Virus record (IMG/VR): IMGVR_UViG_3300037384_000074
Span: 84,112 to 136,484 of that record
Reading direction: 5' to 3' (one strand)
From: a virus
Taxonomy: Duplodnaviria > Heunggongvirae > Uroviricota > Caudoviricetes
DNA length: 52,373 nucleotides
The notes under the pieces are model-generated. The model was given only the letters and a program-made list of their open reading frames with translations. It did no database searches and was not told the DNA's origin. Shown one piece after another: positions 51,991-52,373 of the stretch; position 1 is the first letter of the stretch; every line of letters starts with the position of its first letter. Made by a program: the position numbers and the translations under genes.

Positions 51991-52232
51991 GGATTGTCCT
52001 TAGTAGATACTAGACTCTTGACAAGAGTAAGCATTTCTGCAAGAGTGCCTTCCATACTACTTATACGTGTTTCCAATTCATCCATTTTATTTAATTTACT
52101 GAATCGCTGTTTCATTGATTTGTATGTGGTTAGTGCGCTATTATCAGTATTGACAAGAGCGCCCTTATTGTGAGGGCTTCTTTCGAAGCCCTCATAGTCA
52201 GCTTTTAATTGATGTATCAATTTGATTACCAT
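51987..52232 (-). CDS. Small T4-like virion-region hypothetical protein
   Basis: GALVNTDNS...Y motif plus short coiled coil. Confidence 0.6.
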   Translation of the reverse strand: MVIKLIHQLKADYEGFERSPHNKGALVNTDNSALTTYKSMKQRFSKLNKMDELETRISSMEGTLAEMLTLVKSLVSTKDNP

Positions 52233-52371
52233 AATATTTTCTACACATAAATCCTTTATGTGGCTTACTACTATTTACAGCCCCCAACATATTACTATAT
52301 CCTAAATTATTAGTTTTGCAAAATTCAGTCAAATTCTTGATCACAAATTCTTCACCTTGAGGGTCTATTAT
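52198..52371 (-). CDS. C-terminal fragment of probable homing endonuclease (start outside window)
   Basis: IIDPQGEEFVIKNLTEFCKTNNL...HKGF resembles DNA-binding tails of phage HNH/GIY-YIG endonucleases. Confidence 0.5.
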   Translation of the reverse strand: MIDPQGEEFVIKNLTEFCKTNNLGYSNMLGAVNSSKPHKGFMCRKYYGNQIDTSIKS

Positions 52372-52373
52372 AA

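Noticed and set aside
1-52373. CRISPR array, rRNA, IS element or group I intron
   Set aside because: No regularly spaced repeats, rRNA signatures, transposase, or interrupted ORFs other than the intein

Overview
This is a 52 kb segment of a large T4-like (Tevenvirinae-style) myophage genome. The host is most likely an alphaproteobacterium: the phage carries a GapR/DUF2312 homologue and a tRNA-His of the A73/no G-1 type. The right third (33.6-52.4 kb, minus strand) is the canonical T4 morphogenesis block: fibre/adhesin, GH19 endolysin, gp13-gp23, a terminase with a class 3 intein, and two antisense Hef-like nucleases. The left two-thirds is accessory. It holds a five-gene NAD+ salvage/ADP-ribose module (NADAR, NadM-Nudix, PnuC, NadR, NAMPT), phosphoesterases, an HD hydrolase, two deaminases, a macrodomain, a J-domain protein, two tail-fibre-like cassettes and about 17 tRNA or tRNA-like genes, several structurally abnormal. 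The most striking non-annotated patterns are: (1) four dispersed single-gene cassettes with the identical layout ATAAATA-NNNG-ATG (late promoter, no SD, apparently leaderless) whose products start with a T4 internal-protein-like capsid-targeting peptide and look like a kinase, two ADP-ribosyltransferases and a GNAT-like protein; (2) a tRNA-Gln nested by a 17-bp stem inside a tRNA-like shell, plus 8/4 serine tRNAs and a D-armless tRNA-Tyr; (3) a shared G-AUAGA-C hairpin followed by an SD-occluding hairpin in front of both NARP2-type NAD genes. All calls come from motif reading by eye; no database searches were run.
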